Positions 28,192-39,100 of a DNA stretch of 64,000 nucleotides are shown here, piece after piece. This DNA comes from a virus. The stretch lies in IMG/VR virus record IMGVR_UViG_3300025466_000014; one strand, given 5' to 3'. How positions within the stretch are numbered: position 1 is the stretch's first letter; each line of letters begins with the position of its first letter. The notes below the pieces were generated by a model. The model saw only the letters and a list, made by a program, of their open reading frames with translations. It made no database searches and was not told the DNA's origin. Both the position numbers and the translations under genes were made by a program.

Positions 28192-29613
28192 TTATTCCCA
28201 GTAACCTTCAAAACCAATGTGGTGTGCAATTGTACCTGAGGTACCTACGGTGCCAATGTTACGCACAATAGTCTGAATAAACTCACCCGGTTGAACCATT
28301 ACAGGAGCTTGGAATGTGTGAACAAAAGTAGCTCCTAACGTACCAACCGGGGCAGTTGCAGCCAAGGTGTAGAGGCCTAAGGGGAAACGACGAGGAGCCT
28401 TAGTTGTCGCAGTTTCTGTCGTTGCCAAAGAAACTGCGGTATGACCAAATGCAATACCGCATTCGTAAACAAACGGGCCGCCTGCCAAAACTGTCTGCAC
28501 CATTGAGTACCAACGAATGCCTGTAATATACAAACAACGTGGTGTCTGGGTAATAGAGCCTACCGGGTTCTGATAAGAAGAAATAATACCGTCAGTTGTG
28601 ACTGCGAGTGTTGCGGTTTCATAAAAGTTGCCGCCTAAGCCTGAACCTAAAGCTGCGGTAGTATTGGTAGGTACTGCTGCGGTCGGTGCCGCAGAGTTAG
28701 CGTATAGCGCCGTAGAGCCCATAGTACCACCGTTAGCGCCTTGCAAAAGCGTTAAACCTTCACTTATCTTAATATGTGGCCAAGGCTTGGTTGTGTTTAT
28801 GCCATACAGAGTTACTTGCAGGTTAAGAACTTTAATTTGCTGAGCAACGGCTGGGGCACTCGCACCGTTAAAGATTTGATAAAAAGCGTAACCGGAGCCG
28901 CTTAAGCTTGGCGTACCGGAGCCGGCGGGCATAGCTACGGACGCGTACAAAATGTTATCAATCCAGAATTCAGCCAAGCCGTCGTCAATAACAATCATCC
29001 AGTCGTGCTGTACGTTTACAGCTGGTGCAGTAAATGCGTTAGTTGATTGTGCAATTGTACCGTTCCAGTTTACAACTCCCCGCAAAGCTCCTGTTGTATC
29101 CATCTGAAAGTAAACACCGTCAGTTGGGGCTGCGGTAGTACCAGGAGTACCAATACCGAAGTAAACAGCATTATTAACTTGAGGCGTTGCGACCAAGAAA
29201 TGGCGAGACTCAAAAACTAATTCGCCTGCGGTGTACAGAGGAAAACTACGATACGTCTGTGCTACTGCACTCACTGTAGTAGCCACGCTGTTACCAGAGT
29301 TTAAAGCCATTGAGCCGCCAGCAAAAGCTGCGGTCATGGTTGTTGTGGTTATTTTCCAGCTTGCGGTATTCTGTGCAGTGTAGTTAAACTGATCGTTAAA
29401 TAATGGTGTGTCGACTGCAACTCGCAGACGTCGATTGTTGCTAATATCGGCTAGACCAATATTGGGTGTACCAGTGACTGAGCCTGAATCTCGAATTGAG
29501 GAAATGCCAACAAATCCTGCCTGAGTTGCCACCTTAGGATTTTGAACCAAGATGCCTTTTGAAACTGGGTCAAGTAAGTTATTATTTGTACCGTCTGTAA
29601 GTTGAACACTCAT
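28192..29613 (-). CDS. Beta-sandwich (lectin/LamG-like) putative virion protein
   Basis: 473 aa beta-rich ORF. Central DGVYFQMD...HDWMIVIDDGLAEFWIDN resembles a concanavalin-like fold. Confidence 0.45.
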   Translation of the reverse strand: MSVQLTDGTNNNLLDPVSKGILVQNPKVATQAGFVGISSIRDSGSVTGTPNIGLADISNNRRLRVAVDTPLFNDQFNYTAQNTASWKITTTTMTAAFAGGSMALNSGNSVATTVSAVAQTYRSFPLYTAGELVFESRHFLVATPQVNNAVYFGIGTPGTTAAPTDGVYFQMDTTGALRGVVNWNGTIAQSTNAFTAPAVNVQHDWMIVIDDGLAEFWIDNILYASVAMPAGSGTPSLSGSGYAFYQIFNGASAPAVAQQIKVLNLQVTLYGINTTKPWPHIKISEGLTLLQGANGGTMGSTALYANSAAPTAAVPTNTTAALGSGLGGNFYETATLAVTTDGIISSYQNPVGSITQTPRCLYITGIRWYSMVQTVLAGGPFVYECGIAFGHTAVSLATTETATTKAPRRFPLGLYTLAATAPVGTLGATFVHTFQAPVMVQPGEFIQTIVRNIGTVGTSGTIAHHIGFEGYWE

Positions 29614-29640
29614 TACTAACTCCTTAAATTTAGAATAAAA

Positions 29641-32600
29641 TTAAACCCATGTCCAGCCAATTGTGTATGAACCAATGGCCACACCTATTGCTGGTTTTAC
29701 ATAAATCTGAAAGCTACCGCCAGCGCCTGTATCTGGAACTATGTTACCTGCATAACAACGCATTTGTTCTACCCAAGGTGAATCGTCGCCTCCTACTAAA
29801 TTAACGTTAGCATTGATTGCACTAGTTGCCAATAAACCTGTCTGTCCTGAGACCGTTATGACTAAATCTAATGCACCTGAACCAAAGTTTGCCGTAGCCG
29901 TACCTTTGTTTGTAGCCGTACCACTTGTGGGTGATGACCAGGTAGGCGTTGTGCCTACCATGGTTAGAACCTGTGTAGGTGAACCTGCTGCAATAAATCC
30001 TGTTGCTCCTGCGCCTGTTTGGTAAGGCAAGGCCCCTGCAGTTCCTCCGGCCACGTTAGTAGCTGTACCTGCGTTGCCCGTAACCGAACCTGCTATAGGA
30101 GCAGTGACTGTCAGACCTGTTAGAGTGCCAACAGACGTGATGCTAGGCTGAGCAGCCGTTGTTACAGTACCTGCACTAGTTGCACTTGTAGCAGTTGCAG
30201 CGTTGCCTCCAATGGAGAGGTTAGCTACAGGCGTAGTGGAGGAAACCACAAAGGGTGCCGTACCAGTAGCGACTGTAGACGTTAACTGCCCAGTTGCACC
30301 GTTAAGCGTTAACGTATTTGCGCCGCCAATGGAAACCGTGGAGGTACCGTCAAAAGTAAAGTTGGCTGAACCTGCAAAAGTACCAGCACTGTTATACTGA
30401 ATTTGCGTGGTAGAACCACCGGGTGTTCCTCCACCACCTCCGCTAGCCGCTGCCCAGGTAAACGCTGAACCTGTCCATTGCAGATAAGTAGACGCTACTG
30501 TGGGCGCCGTTATAAATCCTGTTGTACCTGCGGCTGTCTGGTAAGTTAACTGATTTGTGGCACCCCCGGCAACTGACGTAGCTGTACCTGCGTTACCTGT
30601 AACCGAACCTGCTATAGGAGCAGTGACTGTCAAGCCTGTTAACGTACCTACTGAGGTAATGTTAGGTTGTGCGGCAGTTGTTACCGTTCCTGCGGTTGTT
30701 GCTGTCGCCGCATTGCCTCCAATAGATAAGTTGGCGACAGGAGTAGTTGAGGCGACTACAAATGGTGCTGTACCCGTCGCAAGAGTGGATGTCAACTGAC
30801 CGCTCATCGAAAGCGTGGTCAATCCTGCCAGTGCAGTAGCTGAGGCACCTAGTGCGATAGCGGTTGAGCCAATGGTAACAGAACTATTGGTTAAACCTGT
30901 GTTTGGAATACCAGTGAAGTTAGTACCAGTCAGCGTGGGCGCTGTCGAAAAAGCAGGGATAGCAGAAGCTGAGCCCACTAAAACACCAGCAGCACCGGCC
31001 GTTACCGCAGGGGTTCCTGTTGCACCCGTTGTAACGACACCGTAGTTGGCCGTAGTAACAAATCCTGTTGTACTTGCGGCAGTTTGATAAGCTAACTGAT
31101 TAGCCGCGCCACCCGATATATTGGTCGCGGTACCTGCGTTACCGCTTACTGATCCTGTGATAGTTCCCGTGACTGTTAGTCCAGTAAGTGTTCCGACAGA
31201 CGTTATACTAGGCTGCGCCGCTGTTGTTACAGTACCTGCGGTTGTTGCTGTTGCTGCATTACCGCCGATTGACAAGTTAGCTACAGGGGTTGTTGAGGCA
31301 ACCACGAAAGGCGCGGTACCAGTGGCAAGAGTGGACGTTAGCTGACCACTCATTGAGATAGTAGTTAATCCCGCGAGTGCTGTTGCTGTCGCACCCAGAG
31401 CAACTGCGGTTGAACCAATGGTAACTGAGCTATTGGTTAGTGCGGTATTGGCAATACCAGACAACGTTCCACCTAAGGTTAAAGAGCCTGTAGTGGAGAC
31501 TGTACCAGTTAAGGTTATTCCGTTAACAGTGCCAGTACCCGATACAGAAGTTACTGTACCACCTCCACCGCCAGTTACGGCTGCCCAAGCAAACGCGGTC
31601 CCCGTCCATTGTAGATAGGTTGCACCAGTTGTCGGGGCAACTACAAAGGAACTAGTGCCGGCACCTGTTTGATAAACTAATTGATTTGCTACTCCGCCAG
31701 CCACGTTAGTAGCTGTACCCGCGTTTCCACTTACTGAGCCTGCAATAGTTCCGGTAACAGTTAGACCTGTTAGAGTACCAACCGAGGTAATATTAGGCTG
31801 AGCAGCCGTTGTTACAGTACCAGCGGTATTGGCAGAAGTAGCCGTAGCTGCATTGCCCCCAATTGATAAGTTGGCGACAGGAGTAGTTGAAGTAATAACA
31901 AAAGGTGCCGTACCTGTAGCAAGAGTAGACGTTAGTTGCCCACTCATTGATAAGGTCGTTAAGCCTGCTAAGGCTGTAGCGGACGCACCTAATGCTACTG
32001 CCGTACTACCTATAGTAACAGAACTATTGGTTAGTGCGGTATTAGGGATGCCCGTAAAGTTAGTACCTGTTAGAGTTGGTGTAGTGCTAAAGGCAGGGAT
32101 AGCAGAAGCAGAGCCAACTAGTACACCCGCAGCACCCGCTGTAACAGCAGGAGTTCCTGTTGCACCAGTTGTAACCACGCCGTAGTTAGCAGTGGCTACA
32201 AATCCTGTTGTGGAAGCTGCTGTTTGATAGTGAAGCTGATTAGCTGCTCCACCAGCTACGTTAGTTGCCGTCCCCGCGTTGCCTGTAACTGAGCCTGCAA
32301 TAGCGGCAGTTACTGTTAGCCCTGTTAAAGTGCCAACAGACGTTATGTTCGGTTGTGCTGCTGTCGTAACAGTACCAGCAGTACTTGCTGTGGTCGCTGT
32401 CGCAGCGTTACCCCCAATTGAAAGATTAGCTACTGGTGTGGTAGAGGTGACAACAAACGGGGCAGTGCCTGTTGCTAACGTGGACGTTAGTTGTCCACTC
32501 ATAGAAAGTGTGGTCAATCCAGCCAATGCGGTTGCGGTTGTGCCTAGCGCAACCGTAGTTGAACCAATAGTAACAGAGCTGTTAGTCAGTGCTGTATTTG

Positions 32601-35600
32601 GTATACCTGTAAAGTTAGTACCAGTCAGAGTAGGCGATGTTGAGAAAGTAGGTATCGCTGCCGCGGAGCCGACTAAGACGCCAGCGGCGCCTGCTGTGAC
32701 GGCGGGTACACCCGTAGCAGAAGTTGTCACCACGCCGTAGTTAGCAGTAGTAACAAATGAAGTAGCGCCAGCGCCAGTTTGATAAACTAACTGATTTGCA
32801 GCACCGCCCGAAATTGCGGTAGCAGCAGACGCCGTAGCCGCATTGCCTCCAATTGATAAGTTGGCGACAGGAGTAGTTGAAGTAATAACAAAAGGTGCCG
32901 TACCTGTCGCAAGAGTGGACGTAACCTGACCTGACGCAGACAGAGTGCCAGTGGCTACTGAGGTTAAACCTGCAAGAGTAGTTGAAGTTGCACCTAACGG
33001 TATTGCGGTGGAACCAATAGTTACGGAGCTATTGGTTAGTGCAGTATTAGCAATACCTGAAAGTGTGCCTCCCAAAGTCAAGCTACCGGTCGTTGTCACA
33101 GTACCTGTAAGGGTTAGTCCGTTAACAGTACCAGTGCCTGCTACAGAAGTTACTGTACCGCTACCACCTAGAGCAGCCCAGGTAAACGCTGAGCCTGTCC
33201 ACTGTAGGTAAGTAGACGCTATTGTTGGTGCGGCAACAAAACTCGAAGCACCTGCACCTGTTTGGTAATGCAATTGATTAGCAGCACCGCCCGCCAACGC
33301 CGTTGCTGTTCCAGCATTGCCACTTACTGATCCTGTGATAGTTCCGGTTACAGTTAGTCCAGTAAGTGTTCCAACAGACGTGATTGACGGCTGTGCCGCA
33401 GTCGTTACAGTACCAGCAGTTGTAGCAGTTGCGGCGTTACCGCCTATTGAAAGATTAGCTACTGGCGTGGTGGAAGTAACAACAAAAGGTGCAGTACCGG
33501 TGGCCAGTGTTGAAGTAATTTGTCCACTAGCGGCTAAAGTGCCAGTACCAACTGAGGTTAAGCCTGCAAGAGTGGTAGCAGTCGCTCCAAGAGAAACCGC
33601 AGTTGAACCAATAGTAACAGAACTGTTAGTCAGAGCGGTATTAGCAATACCTGAGAGTGAACCGCCTAAGGTCAGAGAGCCTGTTGTCGTTACCGTGCCA
33701 GTTAGAGTAAGGCCGTTTACTGTCCCTGTGCCGCCTACTGAGGTTACTGTACCACTGCCGCCACCTGCCGCCGCCCACGTAAAAGCAGAACCAGTCCACT
33801 GTAGGTACGTGGATGCTACTGTAGGTGCTGCAACAAATGCGGTTGTAGAAGCCGCTGTCTGATAGTGAAGTTGATTAGCGGCTCCACCTGAGACATTAGT
33901 AGCAGTCGCCGCATTACCGTTAATTGAACCACTAATAGTTCCCGTTACTGTCAAACCTGTTAGAGTACCTACTGAGGTAATATTAGGTTGTGCGGCAGTT
34001 GTTACCGTACCAGCAGTACCTGCGGAGGTTGCTGCACCAGACAAAGAACCTACAAAGGTAGTTGAGGTTACCGACGTTAAACCTGCTAAAGTGGTAGCCG
34101 AGGAGCCTAAGGAGATAGCAGTTGAACCAATGGTAACAGAGCTGTTTGTCAGTGCTGTATTTGGTATTGACGTTAGACTAGCGCCGGAACCAATAAAGGA
34201 AGCCGCAGTCATTGCCCCGCTAATCGTTACAGCGGAAGGAAGGCTTAGAGTAATTGCACCAGTCGAAGCCGATGCTGTAATCTGATTAGCTGTTCCGGTT
34301 AGGGAAGTAACGCCTGATTTACCGTCTACATAAGACTTAGAAGCTGCGTCAGAAGCATTTACTGGAGTAGGCAATCCTGTTACGGTGTGTACCGCGTCAA
34401 AAGTTAGGTTACCTGTTAAAGATGAACCAGTTACAGATACAGGAGTGTAACCTAAAGCTGTTGTTATGTCTGTTGAAGTTACTGCGGTAGAAGCAGTTAC
34501 CAAACCTTTAGCATTAGTAGTAATTTTTTGAAAGGCTGCGGTTACAGGAGCCGCATTAACCGTCGCTAATGTAAGAACTAGACCAACCGCAGACGAACCG
34601 TTAAAACTAACGTTAGGCGCGGTAGCATCGCCAGACGTTATTCCAATATTTTGAGCATTTAAAAGATTGGTAGCTGTTGCTGCGTTACCTGTTATAGACA
34701 ATCCAGATACAGGAGTGGTGGACGCTACAATAAAAGGGGCAGTACCTGTTGCGACAGTCGAAGTAATTTGTCCACTGGCGGATAGAGTACCTGTACTAAC
34801 TGCGGTTAGTCCACCCAACGTAGTTGTCGTAGCTCCTAAAGATAAGGAAGTAGACCCAATGGTAACTGAGCTATTGGTTAGTGCAGCATTTGAAATACCT
34901 GAGAGTGAGCCGCCTAAGGTCAGAGAACCTGTTGACGTTACCGTTCCTGTCAAGGTTAATCCGCTAACAGTACCAGTGCCTGCTACTGAGGTTACCGTAC
35001 CTCCTCCTGAACTAGGGGTAAATCCAAGAGCGTTGGTAACATCTAAAGACGTTAACGTAACTGCGCCTACGCGCGTATTAAAACTTGATACGCTATTAGC
35101 GCCCCCTGTAGGCTGTGCCCAAGTAGGCAGACCACCCGACAAGGTTAAAACATAACCGTTAGTGCCTGCAGCCAGCATGGCCGTAGTATCTGCTGCTACC
35201 TGATATGGAATAGAACCTACACCTCCGTGTGCAATGTTAGTTGCAATAAGAGAGGTTGTAGAGTTACCTACCAAAGAACCTACAAAGGTAGTTGAGGTTA
35301 CCGACGTTAAACCTGCTAACGTCGTTGCAGAAGAGCCTAGCGCAATCTGTGTCGAACCTAAGGTGACAGAGCTATTGGTCAGGGCTGTATTTGGGATACT
35401 AGAAAAATTAGTACCCGTTAAAGCAGGTGCTGTAGACCACGTTGGGACACCTGCAGTTTCAGCCAAAACACCTGTACCTTGCGGCAAAAAGGCAGTAACC
35501 CCTACGCCTGTCTGGTAGGGGATAGAGTTTGCCGTTCCAGCCGCAAGATTACTTGCAAGCTGAATAGTGCTGGTTGTACTTAATAACGTTCCCGAAGTTG

Positions 35601-35751
35601 GGAACGTTATGTTAGTCGGGCCAGTTGTGGTTAGCGTTAAATCAAAAGCACCTGCTTGACTTAAAGAAGAACCTGCTGCCCCTATGTTAGTTATGCTTAA
35701 GCCGCCAGCGTCAATTCCGTTCTTGGCTTTAAATCTTGTTGCAATACTCAT
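29641..35751 (-). CDS. Giant repetitive fibre/whisker protein (2036 aa)
   Basis: About 10 GGxANQxxYQ-type modules, about 8 TAPFxxxSTTPV modules and a PTPVNASDAASKSYVD motif. Dominated by T/A/G/S/V. Confidence 0.75.
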   Translation of the reverse strand: MSIATRFKAKNGIDAGGLSITNIGAAGSSLSQAGAFDLTLTTTGPTNITFPTSGTLLSTTSTIQLASNLAAGTANSIPYQTGVGVTAFLPQGTGVLAETAGVPTWSTAPALTGTNFSSIPNTALTNSSVTLGSTQIALGSSATTLAGLTSVTSTTFVGSLVGNSTTSLIATNIAHGGVGSIPYQVAADTTAMLAAGTNGYVLTLSGGLPTWAQPTGGANSVSSFNTRVGAVTLTSLDVTNALGFTPSSGGGTVTSVAGTGTVSGLTLTGTVTSTGSLTLGGSLSGISNAALTNSSVTIGSTSLSLGATTTTLGGLTAVSTGTLSASGQITSTVATGTAPFIVASTTPVSGLSITGNAATATNLLNAQNIGITSGDATAPNVSFNGSSAVGLVLTLATVNAAPVTAAFQKITTNAKGLVTASTAVTSTDITTALGYTPVSVTGSSLTGNLTFDAVHTVTGLPTPVNASDAASKSYVDGKSGVTSLTGTANQITASASTGAITLSLPSAVTISGAMTAASFIGSGASLTSIPNTALTNSSVTIGSTAISLGSSATTLAGLTSVTSTTFVGSLSGAATSAGTAGTVTTAAQPNITSVGTLTGLTVTGTISGSINGNAATATNVSGGAANQLHYQTAASTTAFVAAPTVASTYLQWTGSAFTWAAAGGGSGTVTSVGGTGTVNGLTLTGTVTTTGSLTLGGSLSGIANTALTNSSVTIGSTAVSLGATATTLAGLTSVGTGTLAASGQITSTLATGTAPFVVTSTTPVANLSIGGNAATATTAGTVTTAAQPSITSVGTLTGLTVTGTITGSVSGNAGTATALAGGAANQLHYQTGAGASSFVAAPTIASTYLQWTGSAFTWAALGGSGTVTSVAGTGTVNGLTLTGTVTTTGSLTLGGTLSGIANTALTNSSVTIGSTAIPLGATSTTLAGLTSVATGTLSASGQVTSTLATGTAPFVITSTTPVANLSIGGNAATASAATAISGGAANQLVYQTGAGATSFVTTANYGVVTTSATGVPAVTAGAAGVLVGSAAAIPTFSTSPTLTGTNFTGIPNTALTNSSVTIGSTTVALGTTATALAGLTTLSMSGQLTSTLATGTAPFVVTSTTPVANLSIGGNAATATTASTAGTVTTAAQPNITSVGTLTGLTVTAAIAGSVTGNAGTATNVAGGAANQLHYQTAASTTGFVATANYGVVTTGATGTPAVTAGAAGVLVGSASAIPAFSTTPTLTGTNFTGIPNTALTNSSVTIGSTAVALGASATALAGLTTLSMSGQLTSTLATGTAPFVITSTTPVANLSIGGNAATATSANTAGTVTTAAQPNITSVGTLTGLTVTGTIAGSVSGNAGTATNVAGGVANQLVYQTGAGTSSFVVAPTTGATYLQWTGTAFAWAAVTGGGGGTVTSVSGTGTVNGITLTGTVSTTGSLTLGGTLSGIANTALTNSSVTIGSTAVALGATATALAGLTTISMSGQLTSTLATGTAPFVVASTTPVANLSIGGNAATATTAGTVTTAAQPSITSVGTLTGLTVTGTITGSVSGNAGTATNISGGAANQLAYQTAASTTGFVTTANYGVVTTGATGTPAVTAGAAGVLVGSASAIPAFSTAPTLTGTNFTGIPNTGLTNSSVTIGSTAIALGASATALAGLTTLSMSGQLTSTLATGTAPFVVASTTPVANLSIGGNAATATTAGTVTTAAQPNITSVGTLTGLTVTAPIAGSVTGNAGTATSVAGGATNQLTYQTAAGTTGFITAPTVASTYLQWTGSAFTWAAASGGGGGTPGGSTTQIQYNSAGTFAGSANFTFDGTSTVSIGGANTLTLNGATGQLTSTVATGTAPFVVSSTTPVANLSIGGNAATATSATSAGTVTTAAQPSITSVGTLTGLTVTAPIAGSVTGNAGTATNVAGGTAGALPYQTGAGATGFIAAGSPTQVLTMVGTTPTWSSPTSGTATNKGTATANFGSGALDLVITVSGQTGLLATSAINANVNLVGGDDSPWVEQMRCYAGNIVPDTGAGGSFQIYVKPAIGVAIGSYTIGWTWV
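34177..34252. repeat. 76-nt exact repeat shared between two fibre genes (second copy 39928-40003)
   Basis: ACTAGCGCCGGAACCAATAAAGGAAGCC...AGGCTTAGAGTA is identical at both sites. Confidence 0.85.
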
Positions 35752-35802
35752 ATTGTTTCCTAGTAAGGATTATCATTATTAAATTACAACGTGTTTAGGT
35801 AA

Positions 35803-36180
35803 TTATAGGGATGCACCTAGCGTCCACAAGGCATTCAGTTGCAGATAGGATTGACCAAGAGCATCTCCCATGGCTATCACTTCGGGGTGATTACGTTCAA
35901 AGGTTAGAGAAAATTCCCACCAATCTTTTAGATCTCTATCGTTGGAAGCCGCAATTGCTGCCTCAACCTCGTCTCGAAGGCCTACACGGCTAAGCGCCAT
36001 GCGTATTTGTCTAGGAGTCAAGTCCGCATAGGCTACTGGTAGTGGGTCTGCGGGATCTGGAGTATTACCTTGAGCTAACCAGTCAACGTAGGCTACGTAC
36101 TCTGCATTTTCCATACTTTGTGGAAAATACGTTGAGGTATTCACGTGAAAAATCATTGGTGAATTTGTTAGTTTGTACAT
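35803..36180 (-). CDS. Fibre assembly/chaperone-like protein
   Basis: EYVAYVDWLAQGNTPDPA and LTPRQIRMAL...WWEFSLTFERNHP patterns typical of small genes following phage fibres. Confidence 0.6.
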   Translation of the reverse strand: MYKLTNSPMIFHVNTSTYFPQSMENAEYVAYVDWLAQGNTPDPADPLPVAYADLTPRQIRMALSRVGLRDEVEAAIAASNDRDLKDWWEFSLTFERNHPEVIAMGDALGQSYLQLNALWTLGASL

Positions 36181-36198
36181 CTTAAAACTCCTCTATTA

Positions 36199-39100
36199 CT
36201 AGACAAACTCTGCCGTTACTAAATACGTATCTGTTCTTTGAGACCTTAACCCTGCCGTATTAGTAATTATGTTAAATGACACAGCTAAGTTACTCACGTT
36301 TAAGGGGCCTAAAAAGTTAATGTTTGTGTTAACTGTGTTTGTTAAAAAAGTAATGGCTTGCGTAGCGGTTCGCATTGGCACTGGCAAACTTACGGGAATA
36401 ACAAACGTCTGTGTTGCAACGGTTGCGTACATGTCAAACACCAAAGTTATAGGTACGGCATACCGGTAACACTCTTTGAGACTATCTGAAACAGATTTAA
36501 ACTCAAAAAGAGTGGCTTTTGTGCCTAGCTCTAGTTGAACGTTTGCAAAGATCACAGATTGACCCGCGGCAAGAGTCGGGCCAGCTCCATAAAATATTGA
36601 TACCATAAGGCCTGTCGTTGCCGCCGCCGGAACAGTAAAAGTCTTTACTACCTGCGTCCATGTAGACGTTGGTATGGTAACCCCGCCCGTACTGCTTATT
36701 AGCGTGGTCGACGTAAACACGTCTGTGGAGTTTGCGTAAGACAAGGCGTCGTTTGGCGTAATGGAAGCACCTGTAGTTTGGTACACCCAATAACTTAAAG
36801 TTACCGATTGTCCTGCCATATCTCGACAATTCAAAGATTCAATTTTTTGCGAAAGAACAAAAGACGTGGCAGTTGCTGAACCTGTTATCTGTAAAACGTT
36901 TACATAAACAGAACCAGGCAGTAAGTTGGTAGTTTGTGACCAGGCGTTACCGGTACCGCCTGAGGCGAGTTGCCAACGATCGCAAACATAGACAAGACCA
37001 GTACCAGTAGTTCCCGAAGTTGCTCTTTGCGAAACCTTAAAATCGCCATTGATAATGCGATTACGTGAACCAGACAAAGAACCGCTGTTAATCGAAGTTA
37101 TGGCAGACAAAGAAGTAATGTCCGAGTTAGCTCCCGATGCTGCTCCTCCTGAGGCAACCCAAGCAAAGGCAGAACCAGTCCACTGCAAATAGGTAGAAGC
37201 AACGCTTGGGGCAGTTATAAACCCTGTTGTACTTGCACCTGTTTGATAGTGAAGTTGATTTGCTACTCCGCCAGCCACGTTAGTAGCCGTATTTGCATTG
37301 CCACTTACCGAGCCTGTGATGGTACCGGTTACTGTCAAGCCTGTTAGAGTACCTACTGAGGTAATATTAGGCTGAGCCGCCGTTGCCAAAGTACCGGTTA
37401 ACGTTGTTGCATTGACTGAAGTTAAGCCTGCTAAGGCTGTTGCAGTAGCACCTAGTGTGACTGCCGTACTACCTATAGTAACAGAACTATTGGTTAAACC
37501 TGTATTTGGAATACCAGTAAAGTTAGTACCTGTTAGAGTTGGTGTAGTGCTAAAGGCCGGTATGGCGCTCGCAGAACCGACTAAGACACCAGCAGCACCG
37601 GCCGTTACAGCTGGCGCGCCAGTTGGACCAGTTGTAACCACGCCGTAGTTAGCAGTAGGCACGAAACCTGTTGTAGAAGCCGCTGTTTGATAGTGAAGTT
37701 GATTAGCGGCTCCGCCAGCTACGTTAGTTGCAGAAAGCGCACCAACAGCCGTACCGTTAATTGAACCACTAATAGTTCCCGTTACTGTCAAACCTGTTAG
37801 AGTACCTACTGAGGTAATATTAGGCTGAGCCGCCGTTGCCAAAGTACCGGTTAATGTCGTGGCTGTAAGGGCAGTTAAACCTGCAATTGTTGTCGCTGTA
37901 GCTCCCAAGGCAATTGCGGTACTACCTACGGTAACAGAACTGTTTGTCAGTGCTGTATTTGGAATACCAGTAAAGTTGGTACCAGTCAAAGTAGGAGTTG
38001 TCGACCATGTGGGTACTGCGCTCGCAGAACCGACTAACACGCCAGCAGCACCAGCAGTTACCTGAGGTACACCTGTAGAAGATGTAGTTACTACCCCGTA
38101 GTTTGCGGTAGTAACAAACCCTGTTGTACTTGCACCTGTTTGATAGTGAAGTTGATTTGCTACTCCGCCAGCCACGTTAGTAGCCGTATTTGCATTGCCT
38201 GTAAGAGCGCCAGTAAAAGTCGTAGCACTAACTGAGGTCAAACCACTTATGGTTGTAGGTAGGCTTAGGGTAACTGCGCCAGTAGACGCAGAAACTGTAA
38301 TCTGATTTGCTGTACCAGTTAATGAGGTAACGCCTAGGTTAGTAACAATGTTACCAGCCAAAGAAATACCTGTACCTGCGGTGTACGTTGCGCTACCGCC
38401 TGAAAACTGCACAAACGTAATTGCGGTTGTTCCAATTGTTGGGTTAAGAGCTGTTTGCGTCCAGCTGGTGTAAATGTTTACGGTACCGTTATTGACGTTT
38501 ACAGACGCGTTGTTAAAAGCCGCTGAGGTGTTTTGATCTGTACTTCGAGTTAGTACCCAGGCAACAGACGCACTACCTACCGTTGTTACTGTGTAAATAC
38601 CGTTTTGAAAAGCCGTAGTTTGATTTTTTATCAAAATACGGTCATTCAATAAAGCTGTGTACCCGTCAATCACAAATGTAGCTAAAGCACCTGCGTTAGT
38701 TAACGTTGCGCCTACTCCCGATGCACCGTTAGAGTAAGTCGCTGTCAAGTTAGCAGTAGACGCTGCCGCTACGGCGCTCTTCCAGGTTAAACCTGCCAGC
38801 GATGAGTCTACATAAGACTTAGGTGCAGCGTCAGAAGCATTTACTGGAGTGGGTAAACCAGTAATCGTGTGCGTACCGTCAAAGGTCAGCGTTCCGGTTA
38901 AAGACGAGCCTGTCGTTGACACAGGAGTGTAACCTAGCGCCGTTGTAATGTCCGCAGGGACAACCGCCGAAGTTGCGGTCACCAAACCCTTAGCGTTAGT
39001 TGTTACTTTCTGAAAAGAGGCAATAACAGGACTGGCGTTAACTGTTGCTAACGTAAAAGCTAAAGCAACAGGCGCAGAACCATTAAAGGTAACAGCACCT

